Part shown: one piece after another, positions 1-8,110 of the stretch
How positions within the stretch are numbered: position 1 is the stretch's first letter
Layout of the letters: the number at the start of each line of letters is the position of its first letter
Origin: a virus
Lineage: Duplodnaviria; Caudoviricetes
IMG/VR virus record: IMGVR_UViG_3300032290_000244
Location: 1 to 30,870 of that record
DNA: 30,870 bases
Reading direction: 5' to 3' (one strand)
Made by a program: the position numbers and the translations under genes
Notes under the pieces: generated by a model
Told to the model about the DNA's origin: nothing
What the model saw: the letters and a program-made list of their open reading frames with translations, nothing else
Database searches by the model: none

Positions 1-2058
1 ATTGCGTTGAAGCTGACCTTTGACAAGGTGTTCAGCCCAAAGGACAGGGCCAATGAGATCGCCAATGTGATCACAGCCATTGGCCAGGCTTTGGAGCAGG
101 AGTGTCAGCTCCGTTGGTATGAATCGCAGGATCCTGACTTGTATGACCGCATCAAGCGGCAGTACTGGCACAGCGCCTGTGGCACAAAGCAGAAAGCCAC
201 GGTGGCTCGAACGATGATGAATCGCCATGAGCATCACTGGGACAACTGGCCCACTGCCACAAGGGCAAAGCTTGGTGGGTGGCTTCTTGACTGTGTGATG
301 AAGGCCACTAAGTGGTTTGACAAACACATGGTCATCAAAGACAAAAAGCGCTGCACCTTGATTGTTCCAAGCCTTCTTTTTGCCATGCAAAAGGAAGAAC
401 TGATGCAAGACGCGCTGATGTTTGCTCCAATGGCATGGCCTATGTTGGTCCCACCACGAGATTGGAGCCCCATCAAGGCTGGTGGCTACCTCCTCAACGA
501 GGTTATGCACGGGCATGAGATGGTTCGCAGGGGCGATAACGGATTAGTACAGGGGAACACGCCACTCCTGTTTTTGAACAAGCTCCAGAAGGTTGCCTAC
601 ACGCTCAACGAGTTCATCGTCGATGTGGCAGAGACCTTGATGGAGCGTCAGTACAAGGTCGGTAAGTTCTTGCCGATCATTGAGCTACCCCTCCCTAACA
701 AACCGTTCGACATCGCGGAGAACGAAGAGGCTAGGCACGAGTACAGACGGCAAGCAGCAGAGGTGTTGAACCAGAACGCTGCGTCATTCAAACGGTCCTG
801 CCGTACACGAATGACAATGGAGACTGTCAAGATCTTCAAGGGGAAAGATCAATTCTTTCTTCCTTGGTCATTTGACTATCGAGGTCGTACGTACCCGATC
901 CCGGCCTTTCTTACACCACAAGACACCGACTTTGGTAAGTCACTACTAAAGTTTGCTGAGCCGTCCTTCATGACGGATGAAGCAGAAGCGTGGCTTGCAT
1001 TCCAAGTGGCAACCACCTATGGGTTGGATAAATCCACCATGAAGGAGCGTCAGGACTGGGTTCTTCAGAACCAAAGCCTGATTTCTCGTGTGGCAGTTGA
1101 TCCACTAGTGCATTTAGGTGAGTGGGAGGCTGCTGATGAGCCGTGGCAGTTCCTTGCTGCATGTGAGGAGTACAACGCTTGTGTCATTGAATGCACTAGA
1201 AGTTGGACAAATCTTCCATGTGCCGTCGATGCAACGTGCAGTGGACTTCAGGTCCTATCTGCGCTAGCAAGGGACTATTCAACAGCAAAACTTGTGAATG
1301 TAGTTCCTAGCGACTACCCACAGGATGCATACAAAGTTGTGGCTGAGGTTGCAAAACCAAAACTGCCAGATCACCTAGCTGCTCTCCTTGATCGGAAGGT
1401 CACAAAGAGAACAGTGATGACCATTCCATACAATGCAACTAAGCATTCAAACAGGGCTTACATTCGTGAAGCTCTCAAGGAAAAGAATGCAGAGTTCACA
1501 CCAGAGGAACTCACTCTGGTTGTTAATGCAGTCAGAGATGCGATGTATGAGGTTGTCCCCGGTCCAATGCGTGTGATGGACTGGATCAAACAAGAAGTTG
1601 GCGCAGCGTTCAAACGCGGCGTAGATCACCTTACTTGGGAGACGCCATCAGGTTTTGTTGTTAAGCAAAACAGACGCAAAAGGAAAGTATCGACTGTACT
1701 TTTGCAAATTCTTGGTCGTTGCGAAGTGAACCTAACTACAGGTCACGAAGGACCAGATATCGCTGGCCATAAATCCAGCACAGCTCCCAATCTTATTCAT
1801 TCGTTGGATGCTTCGATCTTGCATCGAGCATTCCTGAAGTTCAATGCACCGTTCACGGTGATCCACGATTCAGTTCTATGTCGGGCAACTGATATGGGAA
1901 CACTGAATCGCGTAGTTAGGGAAACCTACTGCGAAATCTTTTCAACCAGCAATCCACTTGTGGACTTTGCTGAAGCCATCGGAGCAGAGACAGAGCCACC
2001 AATCATTGGTGATCTTGATCTTGACTCCGTCCTTGAATCCACCTATTTCTTTTGTTAA
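1..2058 (+). CDS. T7-like single-subunit DNA-directed RNA polymerase (gp1 homolog), 5' end outside window
   Basis: Frame is open from base 1. Motifs FDYRGRTY, DATCSGLQ (motif A Asp), RKVTKRTVMTIPY (motif B Lys/Tyr), PNLIHSLDA, IHDS (motif C) and the C-terminal YFFC. Confidence 0.97.
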   Translation: MALKLTFDKVFSPKDRANEIANVITAIGQALEQECQLRWYESQDPDLYDRIKRQYWHSACGTKQKATVARTMMNRHEHHWDNWPTATRAKLGGWLLDCVMKATKWFDKHMVIKDKKRCTLIVPSLLFAMQKEELMQDALMFAPMAWPMLVPPRDWSPIKAGGYLLNEVMHGHEMVRRGDNGLVQGNTPLLFLNKLQKVAYTLNEFIVDVAETLMERQYKVGKFLPIIELPLPNKPFDIAENEEARHEYRRQAAEVLNQNAASFKRSCRTRMTMETVKIFKGKDQFFLPWSFDYRGRTYPIPAFLTPQDTDFGKSLLKFAEPSFMTDEAEAWLAFQVATTYGLDKSTMKERQDWVLQNQSLISRVAVDPLVHLGEWEAADEPWQFLAACEEYNACVIECTRSWTNLPCAVDATCSGLQVLSALARDYSTAKLVNVVPSDYPQDAYKVVAEVAKPKLPDHLAALLDRKVTKRTVMTIPYNATKHSNRAYIREALKEKNAEFTPEELTLVVNAVRDAMYEVVPGPMRVMDWIKQEVGAAFKRGVDHLTWETPSGFVVKQNRRKRKVSTVLLQILGRCEVNLTTGHEGPDIAGHKSSTAPNLIHSLDASILHRAFLKFNAPFTVIHDSVLCRATDMGTLNRVVRETYCEIFSTSNPLVDFAEAIGAETEPPIIGDLDLDSVLESTYFFC

Positions 2059-2627
2059 TGGCCCCCAAAACTATCGTCACTGAAAAGCCTGTTGTTCTTG
2101 ATGGCTATCAGGCTGTGATGAAGCCCAGCAAGTTTGGTTACTCACTTGCTACTGTCTTTACTGATGACCTGATTCAACAGCTTGAGGATGACCGTACTGA
2201 GGTTCTGAAGTGGTGTGAATCTAAGCTGAAGAATCCAAAGCGTGCAACGCTAAAGCCTGAACCTTGGGAAGAAGTATCCGAAGGTAAGTACAAAGTCAAG
2301 TTCTCTTGGAATGAGGAGAACTGCCCCACGATTGTCGATAGTGAAGGTACGGTTGTTAATAATACAGCACTTCCCGTTTATAGTGGAAGTACTGTGAAAT
2401 TGGCATTCTTCCAAAAGCCTTACATCCTCAAGGATGGTGTCACTTACGGCACCAGTCTTAAGCTCAAAGGTATCCAGATCATTAGTCTTTCCAGCAGTGC
2501 TGGTGTTGATACTGGTGACATGGATGCTGAGGATGTTGCTGAACTCTTTGGTAAAACCAAGGGATTCAAGGCTGAGGATCCGAACGTGACCCCGGCACCT
2601 GCAACTGAAACCGACATCGATTTCTAA
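2058..2627 (+). CDS. Single-stranded DNA-binding protein (T7 gp2.5 homolog)
   Basis: ATG at 2058 overlaps the RNAP stop (TAATG). Contains YSGSTVKLAF...GTSLKLKGIQII and an acidic tail ending in Phe (ETDIDF). Lies between RNAP and endonuclease. Confidence 0.9.
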   Translation: MAPKTIVTEKPVVLDGYQAVMKPSKFGYSLATVFTDDLIQQLEDDRTEVLKWCESKLKNPKRATLKPEPWEEVSEGKYKVKFSWNEENCPTIVDSEGTVVNNTALPVYSGSTVKLAFFQKPYILKDGVTYGTSLKLKGIQIISLSSSAGVDTGDMDAEDVAELFGKTKGFKAEDPNVTPAPATETDIDF

Positions 2628-2632
2628 TTCCG

Positions 2633-2986
2633 ATGGCTTTCCGCTCTGGGTTGGAAGAGAAGGTCGCTGATCTTCTCACCAACCTGGGCGTGAAGTACGA
2701 GTACGAATCAACCAAGGTTGCTTATCAGATTCAACATAACTACTGCCCTGATTTTCTTTTGCCGAATGGAATCTTCCTTGAGGTGAAAGGTCATCTGACC
2801 GAAGAGGATCGTCGAAAGATGAAGGCAGTAAAGAATCAGAACCCTGACCTTGATATTCGCTTTGTATTTCAAGCGCCCTATAACAAGATTTACAAAGGCA
2901 GTAAAACTACGTACGCAAAGTGGGCTGAAAAGCACGGCTTTCTTTGGAGTGCGTTCCACAGTATCCCAATCGAATGGCTGATGTAG
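2633..2986 (+). CDS. Endonuclease I / Holliday junction resolvase (T7 gp3 homolog)
   Basis: FRSGLEEKVA, YCPDFLLPNGIFLEVKG (PD-(D/E)XK), DIRFVFQ, KTTYAKWAEKHGF. Confidence 0.95.
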   Translation: MAFRSGLEEKVADLLTNLGVKYEYESTKVAYQIQHNYCPDFLLPNGIFLEVKGHLTEEDRRKMKAVKNQNPDLDIRFVFQAPYNKIYKGSKTTYAKWAEKHGFLWSAFHSIPIEWLM

Positions 2987-3123
2987 AGCTGATCAAAGAT
3001 CTAGCTATCAATCTGATCATGGCACTCGACAAGCATTCATCCCCGAATGACATTGTTGAAGGCTTTGAAGATGCATTGGATGGCTACGAGGAATTGATCC
3101 AACGTTTTCACTCACAAAAGTGA
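2974..3123 (+). CDS. Small acidic hypothetical protein, 49 aa (MADVELIKDLAINLIMALDKHSSPNDIVEGFEDALDGYEELIQRFHSQK)
   Basis: Read manually. ATG at 2974 overlaps the endonuclease end, and TGA 3121-3123 overlaps the primase GTG (GTGA). It fills the gap exactly. Confidence 0.7.
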   Translation: MADVELIKDLAINLIMALDKHSSPNDIVEGFEDALDGYEELIQRFHSQK

Positions 3124-4700
3124 TCGACGATCAAACCAGTAAATGTATTGCACATGAACCTTGTCCTAGTTGTGGTAGTCGAGACAATCTTGCTCGTTAC
3201 GACGACGGCCATGGCTGGTGCTTTGGGTGTGGCTATCGCGAATCTGGTGAATTCAACACTGTCAAATCGTCAAAACCACGAATGACATTTCCCATTAAGG
3301 GAACACCTGAACCACTACCTAAACGTGGTCTCAGTGAAGAAACTTGCCGTAAGTATCGAGTCCATCGAGAAGGCAATCAACTTTACTTCCATTACTTTGC
3401 AAAGGATGGAAGTTGCACTGGTGCCAAGGTAAAAACCCCTGACAAACAATTCCGCTGGGAAGGATCGAACCCTGATGGACAATTATTTGGACAGCAGCTC
3501 TTCCCAAGTTCTGGGAAACGAGTGGTTATCACCGAAGGAGAACTTGATGCGCTTTCGTGTTATCAAGCTTACTCGGGGAATTGGCCGATGGTATCAATAC
3601 CGGATGGTGCCAATTCGGCCAAGCGTGCGATTCAAAAGCAGCTTGAATGGCTCCAGGGCTACGAAGAAGTTGTCCTCTGTTTCGATTCGGATTCTGCTGG
3701 CCGTCAGGCTGCGAAGGATGCGGCAGGGGTATTGCCACCAGGCAAAGTTAAGATCGCTCACTTGCCAGATTTCAAGGATGCTTCCAATGCACTCCAGGCT
3801 GGCAAGGTACAAGCGATTAAAGAAGCAATCTGGAATGCTTCCCCATACCGCCCAGATGGCATTGTCGAAGCGAAGAATCTTCTAGAGCAGATCCTAAAAC
3901 CTAACGATGATGGACTCCATGAGTACCCATACAAAGGGCTCCAACAGAAGCTTCACGGGATCAGGGCTGGAGAACTTGTCACGATTACTGCAGGCTCTGG
4001 TATTGGTAAATCCAGCTTCTGTCGTGAACTCGCAACTCACCTTCTCAACAAAGGAGAACGAGTTGGGTATTTGGCACTTGAAGAAAGTAACCGTCGAACC
4101 GCCTTGGGACTGATGTCCGTAGCCGAAGGCAAGCCGTACCACATTGGTGAACACTCACGCACTGAACTAACAGATGTCTACTCCAAAACCCTAGGACATT
4201 GGCCGCTTTATTTGTTTGATGGCTTCGGATCTTTTGACCCGGACGTGATATACAACAGAGTGGAATATTTGGCTCAGGGTCTGGATGTAAGGATCGTCTT
4301 CCTTGATCACCTCAGCATTCTGTTGAGTGGTCTTGATGGTGATGAACGTCGAGTTATTGACCAGACAATGACCAAACTTCGTTCTCTTGTGGAACGGACT
4401 GGAATCTCGTTGTTTCTTGTCTCACATCTACGTCGTCCTGGTGGAGATCAGAGTCACGAAGAAGGAGCACGTGTGAACCTTGGTTCGTTACGAGGATCAC
4501 ACAGCATTGCACAACTAAGTGATGCCGTTATTGCACTTGAACGGAATCAGCAAACCAACTCCACAACAACTGTACGAGTCCTCAAGAATCGGTACACCGG
4601 TGAAGTTGGCCCTTGCTGTGAGCTTACTTACGACCTTAACACTTGCCGTTTTATCGAGCATGAAGCTGAACAAGAGTTCGACCCAACAACAGACTTTTGA
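3120..4700 (+). CDS. DNA primase/helicase (T7 gp4 homolog)
   Basis: Zn finger CPSCGS...CFGC, TOPRIM EGELDA and FDSDSAG, Walker A AGSGIGKS, FLDHL, LRGSHSIAQLSD, KNRYTGE. Confidence 0.97.
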   Translation: MIDDQTSKCIAHEPCPSCGSRDNLARYDDGHGWCFGCGYRESGEFNTVKSSKPRMTFPIKGTPEPLPKRGLSEETCRKYRVHREGNQLYFHYFAKDGSCTGAKVKTPDKQFRWEGSNPDGQLFGQQLFPSSGKRVVITEGELDALSCYQAYSGNWPMVSIPDGANSAKRAIQKQLEWLQGYEEVVLCFDSDSAGRQAAKDAAGVLPPGKVKIAHLPDFKDASNALQAGKVQAIKEAIWNASPYRPDGIVEAKNLLEQILKPNDDGLHEYPYKGLQQKLHGIRAGELVTITAGSGIGKSSFCRELATHLLNKGERVGYLALEESNRRTALGLMSVAEGKPYHIGEHSRTELTDVYSKTLGHWPLYLFDGFGSFDPDVIYNRVEYLAQGLDVRIVFLDHLSILLSGLDGDERRVIDQTMTKLRSLVERTGISLFLVSHLRRPGGDQSHEEGARVNLGSLRGSHSIAQLSDAVIALERNQQTNSTTTVRVLKNRYTGEVGPCCELTYDLNTCRFIEHEAEQEFDPTTDF

Positions 4701-4905
4701 TCCTTACAACCTGCGTGGTCGTCTTCCTATGCAGCCTGTGTGGAAGGATCCGAGCACCGCAGGTAAACGTCGGTATGAATCTCGATTGATTCGGCCCAAC
4801 CCACCAACACCTGAAATGGTGCAACGGGCTCAGCCATTTAGGGCTGACACAATTCAGGAATTTGAAGCTGTAATCAAGTACCCTGCAAATCCTTTAGATG
4901 TCTGA
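4660..4905 (+). CDS. Hypothetical protein downstream of helicase (RPNPPTPEMV motif); start uncertain
   Basis: Part of ORF 4519..4905. The likely start is ATG 4660 or the later ATG of MQPVW. It fills the gap after the helicase and overlaps the next small ORF. Confidence 0.55.
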   Translation: MKLNKSSTQQQTFDPYNLRGRLPMQPVWKDPSTAGKRRYESRLIRPNPPTPEMVQRAQPFRADTIQEFEAVIKYPANPLDV

Positions 4906-5062
4906 CTCAGTCATCATCTGCACTTCAGATGAAATGATCGCCATGCATGAGCGTGGTGAGATAAGCAATTCAGGTCGCGTGATCACACTACCGATTGTTT
5001 TTGAGGTTTTGTGTGATTACTACGGAGTGGACCCTCACTGGCAAACCAACGATGTCTATTGA
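4898..5062 (+). CDS. Small hypothetical protein, 54 aa (MSDSVIICTSDEMIAMHERGEISNSGRVITLPIVFEVLCDYYGVDPHWQTNDVY)
   Basis: Read manually. ATG 4898 overlaps the previous ORF end, and TGA 5060-5062 abuts the ATG 5063 of the exonuclease ORF. Confidence 0.6.
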   Translation: MSDSVIICTSDEMIAMHERGEISNSGRVITLPIVFEVLCDYYGVDPHWQTNDVY

Positions 5063-5578
5063 ATGAACCTTCTCTTTGACATCGAGACTGACGGCCTGTA
5101 CGACAACCTTACCACCATTCACTGTGTTGCTATCAAAGACCTTGATAACAATGAGGTTTATGTCTTCAATGACGAAGGCACTCAAGAACCTATTGCACGT
5201 GCCATCACGATGCTTGAAGGTGCTGAGACGATCATTGGTCAGAACGTAATTAATTACGACATCCCAGTCATCCAGAAGTTCTACCCGTGGTTTATACCAC
5301 CGAGAACAATTGACACTCTTATTCTTAGTCGTTTGTATCATCCTGATCTGCTTAAGATTGATCAGACTCGGAAGTGGAACCACATGCCACTCCAACTCTA
5401 CGGACGACATTCGTTAGAGGCATACGGTTACAGATTGGGTGAATACAAGGGTGGCTTTGCTAAGCACACTGACTGGAAGACTTGGTCTCAAGACATGGAG
5501 GACTATTGCGTACAGGATTTGCAGGTCACACACAAACTATGGAAGCACTTCCACAAATACCTGACTGGATCTTACTAG
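5063..5578 (+). CDS. DNA polymerase family A, N-terminal 3'-5' proofreading exonuclease part (T7 gp5 N-terminus) as a separate ORF
   Basis: ExoI FDIETDG, ExoII GQNVINYDIP, HSLEAYGYRLG, ExoIII YCVQDLQVT. Ends at TAG 5576-5578. Confidence 0.92.
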   Translation: MNLLFDIETDGLYDNLTTIHCVAIKDLDNNEVYVFNDEGTQEPIARAITMLEGAETIIGQNVINYDIPVIQKFYPWFIPPRTIDTLILSRLYHPDLLKIDQTRKWNHMPLQLYGRHSLEAYGYRLGEYKGGFAKHTDWKTWSQDMEDYCVQDLQVTHKLWKHFHKYLTGSY

Positions 5579-6810
5579 AACATCAGGTTGCACAAATCCT
5601 CACCAAACAACAGTTGCATGGATGGTACTTCGACGAACGATCCGCTCATGAGTTGGAATGCGAACTTCGATCTGCATTTGACTCGCTGCAAGGGTCTCTT
5701 CGACAGCGGCACCCTTTCGTTGCGGGAGGCGAGTTTACTCCTCGTCGTTCTAACAAGACCAAGGGATATCTACCTGGATGCCCTTTTACGCGCATCAAGG
5801 ATCTTAGCCCAACCTCGCGAGATCACATCGCGTGGGTTATGCAGCAGTTCTATGGATGGGAGCCAACCCAGTTCACAGAATCTGGGAAAGCAACTATTGA
5901 CGAAGTAGTTCTAAAGGACATAGGTACTCCAATCGCTCTGGACTTCTTTCAGTGTTTGGAACTGACTAAGCAGCTTGGCATGTTGTCAGACGGCAACAAC
6001 GCCTGGCTAAAGCTGGTCAGAAAGGGCCGAATCCACCACAACTGTGCAGTCGCTGCTGCCACCCATAGATGTTGTCACCGTAATCCAAACGTTGCCCAGA
6101 TTCCTAGTGGAGAAAAGTTCCAACGACTATTTAGAGCCACTCCAGGAATGGTCATGGCTGGGGCCGATTTTAGCGGCATCGAACTCAGGATGTTCGCGCA
6201 TTACCTTGCTCCGTTTGACGGTGGTCGCTATGGTGAAATCTTGCTTAATGGCGACATCCACCAAGTTAATGCCGACAAGATTGGCATTAGTCGTAAGCTC
6301 GTCAAAACCGTTACCTATGCTTTTCTTTATGGGGCGGGGGACGAAAAGATCGGACTTTCCTATGACCCTCAGCTTTCTTCCGATAAGGCAAAAAAGAAGG
6401 GAGCAGAGATACGGCAAGCGTATCTTGATGCAATTGAAGGTCTTGATTATCTTGTTAAAGCCGTCAAGAAAAAGGTTCAATCAGCTAAGTACATCAATTC
6501 AATTGATAGACGAAGAATACAAGTTGATGGGCCTCACAAAGCCCTGAACTATCTTCTTCAATCCAGTGCTGGTGTTGTAGCTAAGCGATGGATGGTCATG
6601 ATTGATGAGCTGATCAAAGAGCAGCAACTTGGGAGCTACCAGTTGGCTTTCATTCACGATGCTCTGTTTTATGAATGTACCCCGGCTCATGCCGACAATA
6701 TGAAGTTCATACTTGAGTACTGCGCCAAAGCCGCAGGAGAGTTCTACAAGCTGCGATGTCCAATCGACGCAGTCGGAAAGATCGGCCCCGACTTCTATTC
6801 AGTGCACTAA
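5539..6810 (+). CDS. DNA polymerase family A, polymerase part (T7 gp5 C-terminus), in the -1 frame relative to the exonuclease ORF
   Basis: LEHQVA...GWYFD, PTSRDHIAW, HRNPNVAQIP, motif A GADFSGIELR, motif B RKLVKTVTYAFLYG, LNYLLQS, motif C IHDA. Frame open from 5482; ATG at 5539 is the most plausible independent start. Confidence 0.93.
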   Translation: MEALPQIPDWILLEHQVAQILTKQQLHGWYFDERSAHELECELRSAFDSLQGSLRQRHPFVAGGEFTPRRSNKTKGYLPGCPFTRIKDLSPTSRDHIAWVMQQFYGWEPTQFTESGKATIDEVVLKDIGTPIALDFFQCLELTKQLGMLSDGNNAWLKLVRKGRIHHNCAVAAATHRCCHRNPNVAQIPSGEKFQRLFRATPGMVMAGADFSGIELRMFAHYLAPFDGGRYGEILLNGDIHQVNADKIGISRKLVKTVTYAFLYGAGDEKIGLSYDPQLSSDKAKKKGAEIRQAYLDAIEGLDYLVKAVKKKVQSAKYINSIDRRRIQVDGPHKALNYLLQSSAGVVAKRWMVMIDELIKEQQLGSYQLAFIHDALFYECTPAHADNMKFILEYCAKAAGEFYKLRCPIDAVGKIGPDFYSVH

Positions 6811-7225
6811 ATGTGGGCTGACTAAAGACTCTTCTGAATTCTACCAAGACAACTCCCGTCGATCTGGTAAGTCTAGAAAGATGACATGTTGTCGAGTTTG
6901 CAACCTTCAGTCTTCCTATTCAAAAAGACAGGCTGCAAAGGATTGCTTCGGAAAAGGCTTTAACCGAAAACTTCGGGAGCAACGTCCTCCAGAAGGTACG
7001 CCTTGTCAAATCTGCAGCAGACCAATGTCACATCGACGGTCTGCTCGATTGATGTGTTTTGACCACGATCCAGTAACTCACAAGTTTAGAGGCTGGATTT
7101 GTCAGAACTGCAATACAGCTATCGGCAAGTTAGGTGACAACCTAGCTGGCTTGATGGCGGCTGTGAACTATGTAGCCAATGCCCCCAACCAAATCCAAAA
7201 CAAACCTCGCAAAGAAACAATTTGA
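6713..7225 (+). CDS. Free-standing endonuclease VII-like (His-Me finger) putative homing endonuclease with N-terminal Zn finger
   Basis: CTKC...EF...CRVC N-terminal module, then CQIC...DHDPVTHKFRGWICQNCNTAIGKLGDN, the EndoVII signature. Confidence 0.85.
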   Translation: MSTAPKPQESSTSCDVQSTQSERSAPTSIQCTKCGLTKDSSEFYQDNSRRSGKSRKMTCCRVCNLQSSYSKRQAAKDCFGKGFNRKLREQRPPEGTPCQICSRPMSHRRSARLMCFDHDPVTHKFRGWICQNCNTAIGKLGDNLAGLMAAVNYVANAPNQIQNKPRKETI

Positions 7226-7319
7226 ATCACGTGCCAAGTTCAAGCACACCCACCAGGGAAACGGAACCCGTTCACTCCAAAAAGGCACAAAGAAATTGCG
7301 TAAGGGGCAAGGCCGATGA
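7179..7319 (+). CDS. Small basic protein, 46 aa (MPPTKSKTNLAKKQFESRAKFKHTHQGNGTRSLQKGTKKLRKGQGR)
   Basis: Read manually. Its stop overlaps the exonuclease start (ATGA 7316-7319). The KxTxQGxG...RxGQG pattern resembles small basic proteins I recall from aquatic phages. Confidence 0.7.
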   Translation: MPPTKSKTNLAKKQFESRAKFKHTHQGNGTRSLQKGTKKLRKGQGR

Positions 7320-8110
7320 CCTTACTTATTGACGCTGACTTCCTTGCGTACAAAACATGTGCCGCTTGTGAAGATGAAATCGACTTCAATGACGACGTAA
7401 TCGTTGTCACAAGTCGGTTCTCGGAAGTGCTGGAGATGTTCCAGAAAGAGCTGATGTCCATTGCTGAATGCATGGGTCAGTTCGATGACTTCATCCTGTT
7501 CTTCAGTAGCCCAAAGAATTTCAGGAAAAAAATTTTCCCGGATTACAAGGGTCATCGAAATAGAAAGAAGCCCTGCGGCTACAAGCGTTTGCTCAATTGG
7601 TGTGGTGACAACTACATCACCATGATGGTTGACAACCTGGAAGCTGATGATGCCATTGGTATCTACGCCACCGATCCAATTGAATCAGAGAACGAACTGA
7701 TTATCTGCTCACCTGATAAGGACATGAGACAGATACCAGGGCTGCTGTTTGACCTCAAGAATCCTGTGATTGAAATCACCAAGGAGGAGGGAGATCGATG
7801 GCATCTGATTCAAACGATGAGTGGTGACCAGACAGATGGTTACGCAGGTGCTCCTGGGATTGGCATCAAACGTGCTGATGCTCTTCTGGATAAACATGGC
7901 TGCTGTTGGGAAACAGTTGTTCAAACATTTGAAGAACGAGGGATGACTGAAGATGATGCTCTTCTTAATGCACGTCTCGCGAGGATTCTCCAACACTCCG
8001 ACTACAACCACGAAACCAATGAGCCAATCCTTTGGACCCCCACCTCCCGTTTTGGAGATGACGGTGGAGCAGCAGTTCAAGATGCGGCGCCTGAACGACT
8101 TGCTGCCTGA
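7316..8110 (+). CDS. 5'-3' exonuclease (T7 gp6 homolog)
   Basis: LLIDADFLAY, NFRKKIFPDYKGHR, LEADDAIGI, SPDKDMRQIPG, GDQTDGYAGAPGIG, ARLARIL. Confidence 0.95.
   Translation: MTLLIDADFLAYKTCAACEDEIDFNDDVIVVTSRFSEVLEMFQKELMSIAECMGQFDDFILFFSSPKNFRKKIFPDYKGHRNRKKPCGYKRLLNWCGDNYITMMVDNLEADDAIGIYATDPIESENELIICSPDKDMRQIPGLLFDLKNPVIEITKEEGDRWHLIQTMSGDQTDGYAGAPGIGIKRADALLDKHGCCWETVVQTFEERGMTEDDALLNARLARILQHSDYNHETNEPILWTPTSRFGDDGGAAVQDAAPERLAA

Noticed and set aside
3282-4700. Internal ATG after the primase Zn finger (T7 gp4B-like helicase-only product)
   Set aside because: The position is suggestive, but there is no SD upstream and nothing else supports it.
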